From assembly GCA_963733675.1 (NCBI GenBank), contig CAVTET010000012.1, positions 160,001 through 224,000 of the forward strand: DNA of 64,000 bases. Direction: 5' to 3'. This document shows positions 11,895-25,052 of this stretch, in pieces. The first letter of the stretch is position 1. Each line of letters opens with the position of its first letter. A program made the position numbers and the translations under genes. Under the pieces are notes generated by a model, which did not search any database, had not been told where the DNA came from, and saw only the letters and a program-made list of their open reading frames with translations. Source of the stretch: an uncultured Methanosarcinaceae archaeon. GTDB taxonomy: Archaea; Halobacteriota; Methanosarcinia; Methanosarcinales; Methanosarcinaceae.

Positions 11895-13417
11895 CGTATC
11901 ACCTTTGGGTTGGGTTTTTAGAACTTGAGTAAACTACAAAAATTCAGGATTTTTGTATCTTTTTTCCAAAAGCTGATAAGTTTATTAAAATAAGGTATTT
12001 TTAGGAACAGAATTCCTAGTTTCCCTTTCAGCACCATTTAGCTTTTGGTTCTATGTTAATAGGGATTTAAGCGTAATCAAAACTTCATAGCCACGTTTCG
12101 CAGATGTACACAAGAATAGCATATATTTTCTCAATATGGCAATGGCTTAAAAAATAATCTAAATTTCAACGAATAAATAGTGAGCTAATAGGCAAACAGA
12201 TTCCAAATTTGTGCACATATGCAGAATGTAGGTTATGGGAAATTTACATCTTTTTTCCCAGATCTTTCTCAAAATTCCATATTACGTACTCGTAATAGTT
12301 TCGTTTCCGAATTATCCAATTAGATCGATCTGTACTAAATATCTAATTAGTTCGGATCTATACGGTTATTCAACAATCGATAATTACGTCTGCGTAATAT
12401 TTTTTTTTAAACCTATCCAATTCTGGTCTCTGAGACATATATAGGCGGAAACATTGTACACATAGCTTACGCTCTCCAATTACTTTCTAGAAACTCGTTA
12501 TTGGAGATGGCTGTGTATGAGACTTTTGACTTCCTACTTCTCAAAATCTGTTATTAACCATCGGAAATTACTCCTTCTGGTCAATTCCACCTCTTTTAGT
12601 AATCACGGCTTTTAGCCAAGTCAATTCATAAATTCAACAATAGATGGATTAATATATTCCAGACAAAGAATTGACATCCAGGTTTATGTAGTCATATTAT
12701 AAAGTATTTTTGGTTTTTTGTCAATAAATGTGCACGATTTATTGTTTTTTCGTTTGTTGTAGACTTTTGAGCGTCTTAAAAAGCAAAAATTTGGAGTAAT
12801 TATTGCGTTAGGTGCAACCATAAAATCATTCTTTTGCTTAAAGAAAAATGGATACCAAAGAAGAACACTAATTTCTTAAAAGAATTAATTTTGGAAGTTA
12901 AATATGATGTTTTTTTCACCACTATCATACTTTCCAAGAAGTCCACAAGAATGGTATCTATTTACCAATATGACCATACCATAGAATATAGATGATTTCG
13001 ATAAAATCCTAAATTATATTCCATGATATAAATGAGAGATAAGGTGACTCGTGAAAATCATAGATTTATCGAAATCCGCTATAAATTAGATAATATCGAT
13101 TAATCCCCTATTTTAACAAATTTCGTAATTTGCCTTATATAGTCAACATGCCATAAATTTGATTTATCAAAATCCTCATAGGTTAGTTAATAAAGATTTT
13201 TGATAAATTTCCATCACCACGGGAAACTTACGTACAGTTGGTTAAAATAAAAAACATTTCAGCTTTGCAGCAGCTCTGAATCCTTTTAGCTCTAAAAACC
13301 ATCTTATACAATCTAAATGCTGAAGATTGAAGAAGACTAATGAACGATGCTAAAAATATGAAAAATTATTTAGATTGAGATTAATGAAACAAAAAATTAA
13401 ATCGCTTATAATCGGTA

Positions 13418-13939
13418 TTACAGCGGAGAATTAAGGTCACTGGCAGTTACATTCCTTAGACGAGTTATTCCATCAATTTTATTGATAGCTTCTACTATCG
13501 ATCTTGGAACTAGGTGTTCCCATTTTTCTCCTGCGATTATTCGTCTCCGAATTTCTGTACCTGAGTAGCTTTCTCGAATATAAAGAGGAGATACCTTTAC
13601 GCAAAAACTGGCTTCTCGAAAAAGTTGAATAACCAAAGGGTTATTTGAATATACGACTTCAAAATTTGGCGTTCGTGATGCTACGTGGTGAACCCATATC
13701 GAATTATATCTAACATCTTCGATAGGAACAACGTAATGGCGGATCGGTAAGTTCTCAAGCGCATTGTAAACCATCAGCACCCGTTCACCAGCCGTAAAAG
13801 GGTCACTAGCCTCATGACTTTTTTGAGCGCTTCCGATGCCTATTACCAGTTCATCAACCTCTTCAGATATCCGCGTAATTACCGCATGGTGACCTAAATG
13901 ATATGGCTGGAAACGTCCAATATAGAAAGCTCGCACCAT
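13418..13939 (-). CDS. nadM: Nicotinamide-nucleotide adenylyltransferase
   Basis: GRFQPYHLGH (HxGH), IGIGSAQ.SH, PFTAGER, SGTEIRRRI. Confidence 0.95.
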   Translation of the reverse strand: MVRAFYIGRFQPYHLGHHAVITRISEEVDELVIGIGSAQKSHEASDPFTAGERVLMVYNALENLPIRHYVVPIEDVRYNSIWVHHVASRTPNFEVVYSNNPLVIQLFREASFCVKVSPLYIRESYSGTEIRRRIIAGEKWEHLVPRSIVEAINKIDGITRLRNVTASDLNSPL

Positions 13940-14211
13940 CCGAATTCCAACCTCTAATTTGTAATTATGTTATTTGAGATAATTTATGTTTCACATCGAT
14001 CTTATTTTAGATCCTTTCATTACGAATTCCTGTTACAAAGTTGAATTTTTTTACATACTTGCAGGAGATTTTCAGCATTGTTCTTGCGCTTAATTTCAAT
14101 AAGCTTTTCAACAAATTCGAGGCCTGGCTTTGGATCTTCCACCATTTCCATAAAGTCTTGGACCATATTGAAGTACTTATCACCTATCTCTTTTCGCATA
14201 AAGACTGAAAA

Positions 14212-15264
<1,053 letters not shown>

Positions 15265-15399
15265 TCACATCTAATGTACAGAGAATTTCGATAAAATTCC
15301 AAGTTAAACAAATTGTTTATATACCCTTTATCAACAACCAACCAAAAATTGGAGTTTCTCTAAATCCACTGTAATTAATACTCATTATACAACACTAGC

Positions 15400-16011
15400 A
15401 GATGTGCATAGATATATGTTTTGTCTGCCTATTTGTTTTCTATTGATTCATAGAAAGTTGGATTAAATTTTAAGCTGCTGTAATATTAAGAAAATAGATA
15501 GCATTCGTATGCACATGTGTGGAAAGTTAACATAATAAATACCAATTATTGATCTGTTACAAGGTATCAATAAAGGGAATACTCCGATTTGATGCAAAAG
15601 CTGTTGAAACTCTGAATATTCAAGGCATGGTTAAGAACCATCATTTAATAAGGCTATAGGTGATTTGACGTGGAGCAGTTTTGTAAGAAAATTAGAGTAT
15701 AAATCAGAGTGATCCAGAAAAACTATTCTTTTGAAAGGCAAATTTGAACCACCGTCTAGGATTTGTCATGTTTGTGGATACCATAACTCTGATCTAAAAT
15801 TCAAAGATAGAGAATGAAAATGTCTCGATAGCAAAACAAAACATGATAACGACATTAATGATATAATTAAAATCAAAAATTCTCTCTATTGATCAAAATC
15901 TAATTGGAATCTGACACCCATGGAATATGGGGGATGGGCCTTGGAACTTGTTCTCAGAAGAGATGGAATGAACCAACAAGCCACTTAGTCTCCAGCTTAG
16001 TGCTAGTTCAC
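15400..16011 (+). mobile_element. Degraded IS605/IS1341-type tnpB element with right end
   Basis: Fragments AVETLNIQGMVKNHHL, LEYKSE, FEPPSRICHV.G, HDNDIND. Right-end hairpin AAGCCACTTAGTCTCCAGCTTAGTGCTAGTTCAC. Left-end-like segment shared with ~40140-40200. Confidence 0.8.
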
Positions 16012-17642
16012 TCTTGAACTACAAAATCATTGAAATCAAGCTCAAACCCTACAACTGCATACCCGAGAGCAAAGTTGTTTATGACTTCGGTGTGTAATTC
16101 TCCAAACACTCCTATCTTTTTTCCTTTTGCATACACATCAGCCCGCCTACCCTCGAGGAAAGCCATGTCTTTTGACTCTTTTACCTCATAGGGAAGCATC
16201 ATCTCCCTCATGAGGGCATCCACAACTTCATAAATCTCGGTGAAGTTTGCCTGTGGGTGAATCGAGACTGCAGCTACATGCTGGAAGGTCTTTTCGCTTC
16301 TTAAAACCTCACCGAACTCGAAGATCTTCTGGGGGAGTACCCTGTGCCGGTTTAATGCAAGGATTTCAATCAGTGTAGGAAGTAATGTTGTCCTGAGAAT
16401 GGTCTGCTCTTCACTTATCGGGTGAAGTACGTAAGTAACGTCTTCCGTCCGCTGTCTGCGCATATTCTCAAAGTTGATCTTTTCGCTTGTAAGCGTAAAA
16501 GGCATTACCTCGTAGTATCCCAGCCCCACCATAATTTCGTTTACATTAGAACGCAATAAAGAAATTGGATGAGATTTTCCTGCCGTATAGGTCTTAGGAA
16601 TCCTTACTTTGATGTTTTCATATCCATAACCCTTAGCAATATCCTCTATCATGTCATAGTTGTGCAGTATGTCAGCTCTGTAGGCAGGCACTTTTACCTC
16701 AACTGTTTCCTCGTCAAGGGCCTGTGCTCCAAAACGCATCCTTGAAAGGTACTTAACGATCTCTCCTATGGAAAGTTCCATTCCGAGTAGAGATTTAACC
16801 TCACTCTTTGTAAGAAATCTGGTATTTGGCTTCAGGTCAGGCAATACAAATGTTTTGCCATCGTGAGTGAGGACCCTTACGAATTCTATCTGGCCACCAC
16901 GTTCAGCAAGGGCTGTGACAACAATGTTTAAAGTAGTGTAAACAGTTTTCCCAAGCCCTGTAACATCGACAAAAATATCGGTTGTGTTTTCGGTCACACT
17001 CGTGATTGTCCCGTTAATGATAGGTGGGAAAGATAGTACATTGTCATTTGCATCCAGTAAGATTGGGTATTTTTTAAAATTTTTCACTAAATGGGCAAAA
17101 GTTTTGCCTTTAGGGTGGTTTTCCAGAATTTCGTTCATGCTCATCTTTTCAGTGTAATCAAGAGGCACGAATTTTAAACCTGGATCAGTGGCCATGTAGC
17201 GAAAAGGAGGCTTCAAATTTGAAAGATCGTGTACTCCAATAGAAACTTTTTTTCTGTTTCTCCCAGGACCCCAGTGAAGATCTTCCTGTAGATCCATAAG
17301 GGACTTTATCGAAGAAGATGTAAACTTTATTCCCCTGATGACCGCACACCCCAGAAAAGGTCTGATTTTTAGGATGTCCTCACTGATAGATATCGAAATT
17401 TTGTAAGGCTTTACCTTATATTCGGGAAGTCCTGTCTCAAGATCCAGAAAACCCCGCATTGCTCTAGCTATTCCTTCAACACTATAAAGGTCAGGTCTGT
17501 CCGGGAAGAATTCGATATCTATGTATTCATCTTCAATCCTTTCGATATCTGCCCCCATCATTGGCACTCTTTTTATAATGTTTTCCCTATCTATTCCTGT
17601 GAGCTTTTCGAGGTCTTCATACTGCAAGGTAATTACTGGCAT
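16008..17642 (-). CDS. pheT: Phenylalanine--tRNA ligase beta subunit
   Basis: [63 protein letters not shown]. Confidence 0.95.
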   Translation of the reverse strand: MPVITLQYEDLEKLTGIDRENIIKRVPMMGADIERIEDEYIDIEFFPDRPDLYSVEGIARAMRGFLDLETGLPEYKVKPYKISISISEDILKIRPFLGCAVIRGIKFTSSSIKSLMDLQEDLHWGPGRNRKKVSIGVHDLSNLKPPFRYMATDPGLKFVPLDYTEKMSMNEILENHPKGKTFAHLVKNFKKYPILLDANDNVLSFPPIINGTITSVTENTTDIFVDVTGLGKTVYTTLNIVVTALAERGGQIEFVRVLTHDGKTFVLPDLKPNTRFLTKSEVKSLLGMELSIGEIVKYLSRMRFGAQALDEETVEVKVPAYRADILHNYDMIEDIAKGYGYENIKVRIPKTYTAGKSHPISLLRSNVNEIMVGLGYYEVMPFTLTSEKINFENMRRQRTEDVTYVLHPISEEQTILRTTLLPTLIEILALNRHRVLPQKIFEFGEVLRSEKTFQHVAAVSIHPQANFTEIYEVVDALMREMMLPYEVKESKDMAFLEGRRADVYAKGKKIGVFGELHTEVINNFALGYAVVGFELDFNDFVVQE

Positions 17643-17786
17643 TGTAAATCCATCTCATATGTTGCTGGCTAACTTAATCACAAAAATACTCAACTTCAGA
17701 TTTAATGCTTTTGTTCCAGGAGTCGTTTGAAATGTTCTGGAAAATTAAATTATTTGGAAAAAATAACATTTTTTAATCAAAGTTAC

Positions 17787-18300
17787 GGTAGCGAGAATAT
17801 ACCCGCTGCAAGCAGGAGAGCATGTTCTCGTTACCACTTGGGATATAAAAAATTAGTTAATGTCAAATCTTTTCATTTGCTTATAACTTTTTCCCTACTA
17901 GTTTCTGTGATTATTCGTATAGTTTTTAATTAAATTGGAAGTAATACCGTCACCAAAGATTTCGATCTAATCTACGTCACCACACAGTTCACTAAACAAT
18001 AACTGTTCATCAACTATTTGAGATATATATTCTTTGAAATTGGTAAAAGGCATTGCTTTGAGTTTGATGTGATCAAGACTGATGGTTATCATGTACTTCT
18101 TTTCGTTGGTCCTTAACCAAAATATTCTCCTTCAAAAGTGATACGATATATAAGGCTTCACAGCAAGAAAAATCTTTCAAAAATACTATGAGATTAAAAA
18201 TAGCATTGTATAAAAGAAATTTTTACGATACTTCATACGAAGAAGCATGTGATATCTCATTTTATGGACACAACAATTTGATTGACACACTTCCATTTTT
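17787..18300. mobile_element. Scrambled IS200 tnpA relic with terminal hairpin
   Basis: Hairpin 17787-17835. tnpA middle part on + (FEIGKRHCFEFDVIKTDGYHVLLFVG..PKYSPSKV). tnpA N-terminus on - at 18200-18300 (HKMRYHMLLRMKYRK). Confidence 0.65.
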
Positions 18301-18416
18301 GTAGTAAAAGGGGCTTAAAAATAGAGTTATAGACCATAATTAATTTGAGAGATACTTTTAAAGAAACCATTGCCAAATTAGATCAGGAATTTTCAAGAGC
18401 TAATTTGATAATCTTA

Positions 18417-19598
18417 CTAAAATATAGGAATTAAACCTGGATTATCTCCTGTAATACACTCTCCACCCTTGGAAGTGACTATAAATGTATTTTCAATTCC
18501 TACCATTCCTATATTTTTAATTCCTTTTTTAGGTTCTAAAGCAAATACCATATCTTCTTGAAAAGGTTCATCAAAACCTTCTGCAATTACAGGCAGTTCA
18601 TCGATTTGTAATCCAACCCCATGACCGAGGAATTTTACTTTTCTGTTCCCAAAACCCATGAAATTTTGCAAAAATTCCTCGTCGAGATTACACATTATGG
18701 TATTGTATATTTTAGAAGGGATGGCTCCAGGTCTTAACATTGTTGCAGCTTCATTTTGTATCTCCACGCATTTATCGTGAATATCTCTAACGTAACTGGG
18801 AATAGAAGAACCGAACATGTATGTCGTTGTTTTATCCGTGTTGTAACCTTCAACTGCGCATCCAATGTCAATAAAGACTAGATCACCTTTTTGTAGTCTG
18901 CGGTACCGGCTTCCTATAAGTGGCACTGCCGGACTCATCCCATAATTTCCTCCCGGGCCATTAAAATAAGATGGATAAATTGAGCTTTCGCCAAAGCAGA
19001 CATTTCCTAGGAACATCTCTGTATCAAACATCCCAAAACGGCATAATCCATCATGTCCTTTCTCAACCATAACTGAAAAGAGTGCTGTTGACAAATCTAC
19101 TTCAGACATTCCTGTATATAGTAAATCTGGCAAAATGTCTTCCAGCATGTGTTGATGAATTCTGCCAGCTTCTCTCATCCGAGATAGCTCATATTTGTTT
19201 TTTACCGCTCTGACAGCGGCAATTTGAGTATCAACGGATTTAACGTTCTTAAAAGGAAAATATTTTTGAAATCTATGATATAAAGCTAAGGGAACTACTT
19301 CAGTTTCCAGATATACAGTATCTGGAAGCCCACTTATGTCATTTGAAGCATCACGAAAACTGTTCATAGGCTCTATATCAGGAAATAATGATTCTTTCAG
19401 AGCTCTTTCATAGCTTCGCCGCACCCAGAATGTTGCCTCTCCATTTTTCGGAATGAGGAGCATTCCATCCTGCATCGTGCCAGTAAAGTAGTAGAGATTT
19501 ATCTTGCTGAATATAACTTCAGGATTTGAGATATCCATTCGTTTTTTGAAACATCTCATACGGTTTTTGAGTTCATTCAAAGGTACTTTCCTAATCAT
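18417..19598 (-). CDS. Xaa-Pro peptidase family (M24) metallopeptidase
   Basis: FIDIG...[32 protein letters not shown] metal ligands. Confidence 0.9.
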   Translation of the reverse strand: MIRKVPLNELKNRMRCFKKRMDISNPEVIFSKINLYYFTGTMQDGMLLIPKNGEATFWVRRSYERALKESLFPDIEPMNSFRDASNDISGLPDTVYLETEVVPLALYHRFQKYFPFKNVKSVDTQIAAVRAVKNKYELSRMREAGRIHQHMLEDILPDLLYTGMSEVDLSTALFSVMVEKGHDGLCRFGMFDTEMFLGNVCFGESSIYPSYFNGPGGNYGMSPAVPLIGSRYRRLQKGDLVFIDIGCAVEGYNTDKTTTYMFGSSIPSYVRDIHDKCVEIQNEAATMLRPGAIPSKIYNTIMCNLDEEFLQNFMGFGNRKVKFLGHGVGLQIDELPVIAEGFDEPFQEDMVFALEPKKGIKNIGMVGIENTFIVTSKGGECITGDNPGLIPIF

Positions 19599-19908
19599 GT
19601 GGATTCCTTTACTAAGTTTATCTGTTTTCAGTTATAGAAATATAACCCATTAATGTCTTTTTCACCAAAACCTGACTATTCCAAGTGGTGTGTCGATTTT
19701 TCGTAAAATCATAAATCTCAAGAAGTTTAGAGAAGTACTTAGAGCAAGAAAGTCCGTAATCAGTCAAGGACATAAAATTTAAAAAGATGGTGCATAACAT
19801 AAACAAAAAAGGTTTAGAAATATTGCATCAAAGTAAGGATTTCTACAAAGCCGTTAATAAGTTTGCTTTTATCAATTGCAACATATAGAAAAAAAATAAT
19901 TGGTTTAA

Positions 19909-20532
19909 TTACCAAAGAATTTTGTAACCTAATATTTTACCCTGTGTATAGTCTCTAACATATGGAGGGTATAATGAATGGGGGTGATAGATTATACCTA
20001 CTTGAACAGTTACTATATCGTCACAGCTTGGCATATTTTTAGTTACTGGAGTAGGATCACCTGTGCAATCGATAAATACAAGACCTTTATCAGTTGTGTT
20101 GAAGCAGTTAAGATATTGATCGTCTTCACCGGCTAACCAAGCATCTACAATTCCACATCTAATTCCTGCCCTCGACGCATTATTGTAAACATCTCTTGCC
20201 ATGGAATCACACTCGTATTTGCCAGCTACATATAATTTTTTATCTGTTTGATCCGCTTTAATGAAGGCTACCATTTGAGCAAATGTTGGATCTTTTGCTT
20301 TTGGATTTGGCACTAGACCTCCTGGAAACCAATACTGATGAGAATAGTTTCTATTGTATGCGCACACCTCTGATAATGTTAAATTGTGCACATTATTCTT
20401 TACATGACTGACACTCAAATTTTGATTTGGATGTCTGCTCTGGTTCAAATTATTTCCAGCGCTTTCTAGGTGACATTTAATAATATTATTATAACTATTA
20501 ATATTGGGGTTTTCAGTTTCATTTATAATCAC
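19909..20532 (-). CDS. Hypothetical protein with transglutaminase/papain-like fold signature
   Basis: DPTFAQMVAFIKADQTDK..Y....YECDSMA.DVYNNA..AGIRCG...NCFNTTDKGLVFIDCTG. Confidence 0.6.
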   Translation of the reverse strand: MIINETENPNINSYNNIIKCHLESAGNNLNQSRHPNQNLSVSHVKNNVHNLTLSEVCAYNRNYSHQYWFPGGLVPNPKAKDPTFAQMVAFIKADQTDKKLYVAGKYECDSMARDVYNNASRAGIRCGIVDAWLAGEDDQYLNCFNTTDKGLVFIDCTGDPTPVTKNMPSCDDIVTVQVGIIYHPHSLYPPYVRDYTQGKILGYKILW

Positions 20533-21117
20533 CGTATGACATTTAATATTAATATAATAAGTATTTTTCTAACAAAAGAAAAGTGTCCGTATTTTAGATC
20601 TTTCTTTTCTTTAGAAGAGGATGGTTGATACTTTAAATCAGGTCAAAACAACTGTTTTACACATTCATTTATACCAATTACAAAACTTGCAACATACTTT
20701 CGACAAACTTGTAAGTTCCTGTCCTTGGGTAAAGGCAAAATATTGGTTTCCGGTAAATAAAAAGCGGACTTTTTTGTACTTCATGTCGGTGATGTCGAAA
20801 GAAATTTATTTATTCTCGATATCTTAGTAATCACTCTGAAAAAAAATGTAACATTAAAAAAACAGAGAAAAAAATATTTTTTTTGAAGAAAGAAACTTAT
20901 AAAAAGCATTTTTGTGGATATGTTACACATCGTGCAAAAATTTCTTCTTTTATAAACAAAACAATGAAAGATAAAAATTATTTTGGATAAAAAAACTTTA
21001 AAGACTGACTTAAGAAACTACATCAGGGAATAAATAAAACTCAGAAGTAACCCTAAGCAAAGGAAAAAAAGCAAAGAGGAGCGAGAGCAGGCAAAAATAG
21101 AATCTACAAATCAATGT

Positions 21118-21200
21118 GCGAGGGTTGCCCTACTAGGTCAAAGGCAACAGATTCAAGATCGGGTTTCGAAAGAATTAGAAGGTTGAATTCCACCATCGTC
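21118..21200 (+). pseudogene. Degenerate tRNA-Leu (CAA)
   Basis: GCGAGGGTTGCCC...GGTCAAAGGC.ACAGATTCAAGATC matches an archaeal tRNA-Leu 5' half. Long variable arm; broken T-loop (GGTTGAATTCC); mismatched anticodon and acceptor stems. Confidence 0.75.
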
Positions 21201-22050
21201 TTGGTTATGTTATAAATATCTCGAATTGTTGTACGCTACTATTTATATGAGCATAATTTTTTTTCAAAAATTGTCCTGACTAAAGACCAAATTTTACAAA
21301 TTTTATTTAATTAAATTAGAATTTTGAATCGTGCACAATTAGCGATCAATATTTTATCTTGAAATGCACTTTGCACAACTGTGCTCTTTTTTAAGCTTAC
21401 TTACGAGAGAGAACCAAAACTTTACTCCATGAGAAATTCGATCTAGAGCGCAAGTACGTGACTTTCTGGATAAACATCAACATTAATTATGGATTATCAA
21501 ACTTTTTGTGCTCCTATTTTAAGCAATAGATATTTTAAGAAAACTATACTGAGGACTTAAAGAAAGACATTCACAGAAATTTGTGTAGGGTTACTGGCTA
21601 TAATAACAGGTAAATTACACTCGTTCTAAACAGGAGTATGAAAGCAAAAAAACCTGAATTCTTATTTTTATGATTATGAATTACAAAAAGATTACTTTCA
21701 AATGTTATTATAACAAATATCGAAAATTGAGCGACAATGGTTCAAGTATAGCTACAAACAACGACACCAAACGAGAAATCTTTTTTCACATGGGCAAAAC
21801 AAATATGCTCAGAAAATCCTGAAATTTTAGATCACATGAGAAAAAGTACTGATCCGCCAGATAGAGCAATAGCAATTAGGATAATGAAAAACGCAGAAAA
21901 GAATATAAAATCTTTTATCTTAAGAAAACTGTGCTACAGTTAATCAGATAATTTTATTCAGGGAAAGCTAAAAGCATACAATAATCAATTAGCAAAATAT
22001 TTATCTGTAATCAAAATGAGAACTAAATTTTTAGTCGTGAGAAGATTCGC

Positions 22051-22635
22051 TTAGACTGGAATGAAGCATACAAGGGTACACCACCATGGGATATCGGTCA
22101 TCCCCAGTCAGTTTTTGAAGCTCTCATAAAGGACGGAGAAATTAAACCTGGAAGAGCTCTGGATATTGGATGTGGCCGTGGTGATAATGCAAGAATGTTA
22201 GCCATAAATGGATGTGATGTTACAGGTATAGACCTTGTTGAAGATGCTATCACAGATGCAAAAGCGAAAGCTATAAAGCATCATGTTAAGGTAAATTTTG
22301 TAGTCGGAAATGTGTTACAGATGGACCGACTTTTCATGGAAGCTGAATTCGATACCGTTATTGATTCTGGTTTGTTTCATGTGATGATGGATGAGGAAAA
22401 GCCAGTTTTTGCACGGCAGATACATAGAGTTCTAAAACCAGCCGGCAAATATTTCATGCTGAGTTTCTCTGATAAAGAGCCCGAAGGCTATGGTCCCAGG
22501 AGGATTTCAAAAGCTGAAATTGAGCGTACTTTCACGCCACTTTTCAATATTATATATATAAAAGACTCAGTTTTCGATTCTAGGGTCGGACCGAGTAGCA
22601 TTAAAGCTGACCTTATGTCAGCTATTAGGAGTTAA
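22051..22635 (+). CDS. Class I SAM-dependent methyltransferase (TPMT/TehB-like); canonical start codon absent
   Basis: Frame is open from 22027: LDWNEAYKGTPPWDIGHPQ...ALDIGCGRG...VIDSGLFH. The first ATG (22195) lies after motif I. Confidence 0.75.
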   Translation, partial: LDWNEAYKGTPPWDIGHPQSVFEALIKDGEIKPGRALDIGCGRGDNARMLAINGCDVTGIDLVEDAITDAKAKAIKHHVKVNFVVGNVLQMDRLFMEAEFDTVIDSGLFHVMMDEEKPVFARQIHRVLKPAGKYFMLSFSDKEPEGYGPRRISKAEIERTFTPLFNIIYIKDSVFDSRVGPSSIKADLMSAIRS

Positions 22636-23631
22636 TTAGATCAAGCTAAAGATTTTGATGATCTTATTTGAAGTTCCATAAAATCTAGGATTGACTCTAC
22701 GTCCTGATTGACTCTATGTTCTTTTTCTTTTACTACAAAAAATAAAATTTCTCGTTTTGTCGATGTAGAAGTTTTTTTACAAAACCTGTGCATAATATAG
22801 AGTAAATCTTATTTTTGATAATGAAGAAAAAGGTTCACAGTCATTTGAAATTTTTGCAACAAATCCACACTTTCTATCTGTGAGACCGGAATCACTGATA
22901 TTATGACAGGCAGCCCTGAAGAAGTCGTTGGATTACCTGCGTTCTATTCTTTTGCGGGTATTTTATTCTTGGTAAGCATCCTCTGGTCGACCCAGGTATT
23001 TCTACAGCCTTACTGATAAATCGGTTCTACTCCAATAATATTGTTTTGGGTATTGATATTCCCCATGTTTTGCAGGATTCCTAACTCTGGTAAGAGATCT
23101 TACTTCTTTGCATGTATCGGTTTATGCAGAAAAATATCACCTTTCGAGCCAATGGGAGGGCATGAGCAGGTAGAAAATAGAACCATAACGAGAAAACTAC
23201 ATCAAAATGGCAGGAGAACTTCTAGAAAAGAAGCCTGTCAATCATCTGTATTATTAGACAACTTTCACAGCTAATTTTTTACTTCAGCTTACACTTTGTG
23301 AATAGATGTTAACAGCAGTTTGAAATCAGTATTTACTTAGAACTATTAATAATATTTTTATAGTCTCGTTGGAAATATGGCAGTTTGTATGGTTTTGTGG
23401 CTAAATTTTGCTGTTGATTTGAGTGGAATGGCGTATATATTCCTGGCTATTAATCTATTGTTCTGCGTTTTTGAAGTGTTAATTTTTACGGTGCAAACTA
23501 TAATTTATAATTTCTGTAGCATTATTTACAAGTATACTATAGTGAATAGAGCTGAAAAGGCAATTAGATCGTTAATGGGAGATCAGAAAAACCCTAAAGA
23601 ATTTTCCCTTGCTCCTTAATCAGAAAAGTAG

Positions 23632-24258
<627 letters not shown>

Positions 24259-25052
24259 TCATAGATACTATTGTTTTATATGCTACTGGATGGTCTTTCA
24301 GTCCTTCAAGTCACTTAGTCTATTCTTTTTATGCTCAGGTGAGTTTCCCTTAATTAATATGTGTGAATGATCCGAATTCTTCGGCACAAAATTTAAACTA
24401 CTTGTTGCAGTTTGTGCTTTCAGAAAGTTCTTTATGTTCTATATAAAATTTCCAACCTTCTTAGTGTTTCCAAAACTGAATCCCTCACTTTATGCAACAG
24501 CTATAAGCTCCTGATAATAAAATTATGATCCAGAAAATGGCCAGAAATTCTCAGAAATCAGCGGTTTCTAACTAGCTTATGGCGCACTATACACATCATT
24601 TCCATATATAAATAAATCGGTCAGAAATATCTTATGCCCTTCTTTCAGGATCCTCGACTGATAAAGGAAAGTTAAAGAAAATATGATGCATTGTTTGTGC
24701 TCATCCACTGTAATATTGTTCTCCCATTTTTTCAAAATCCTTTTATTGCATTGATAAAAAGTGAAAATAAAAAGTTTAATGGAAGAGTAAGTCTTTTGGC
24801 GGCACAAGCACATAACCTTTTCCTGAATTCCTCTTACCAGCTCTCGGGGTTAAGCCCCTTTTAGGAACGGGAACTATATCACCTCTTACGCACTACTCAA
24901 GAGCAGCTTGGCAGAGTCTTTTACTTTGAGGACTATAATTTCATGAGCTCACTGTGCTTAAATGGGTGTCTAAATCTTTTGGGGACTGACAGTCTAGTAG
25001 GCGCAACCGATGGGCTTTATGGGTTTTTAAATGCTGATAGTAACTCGACATT

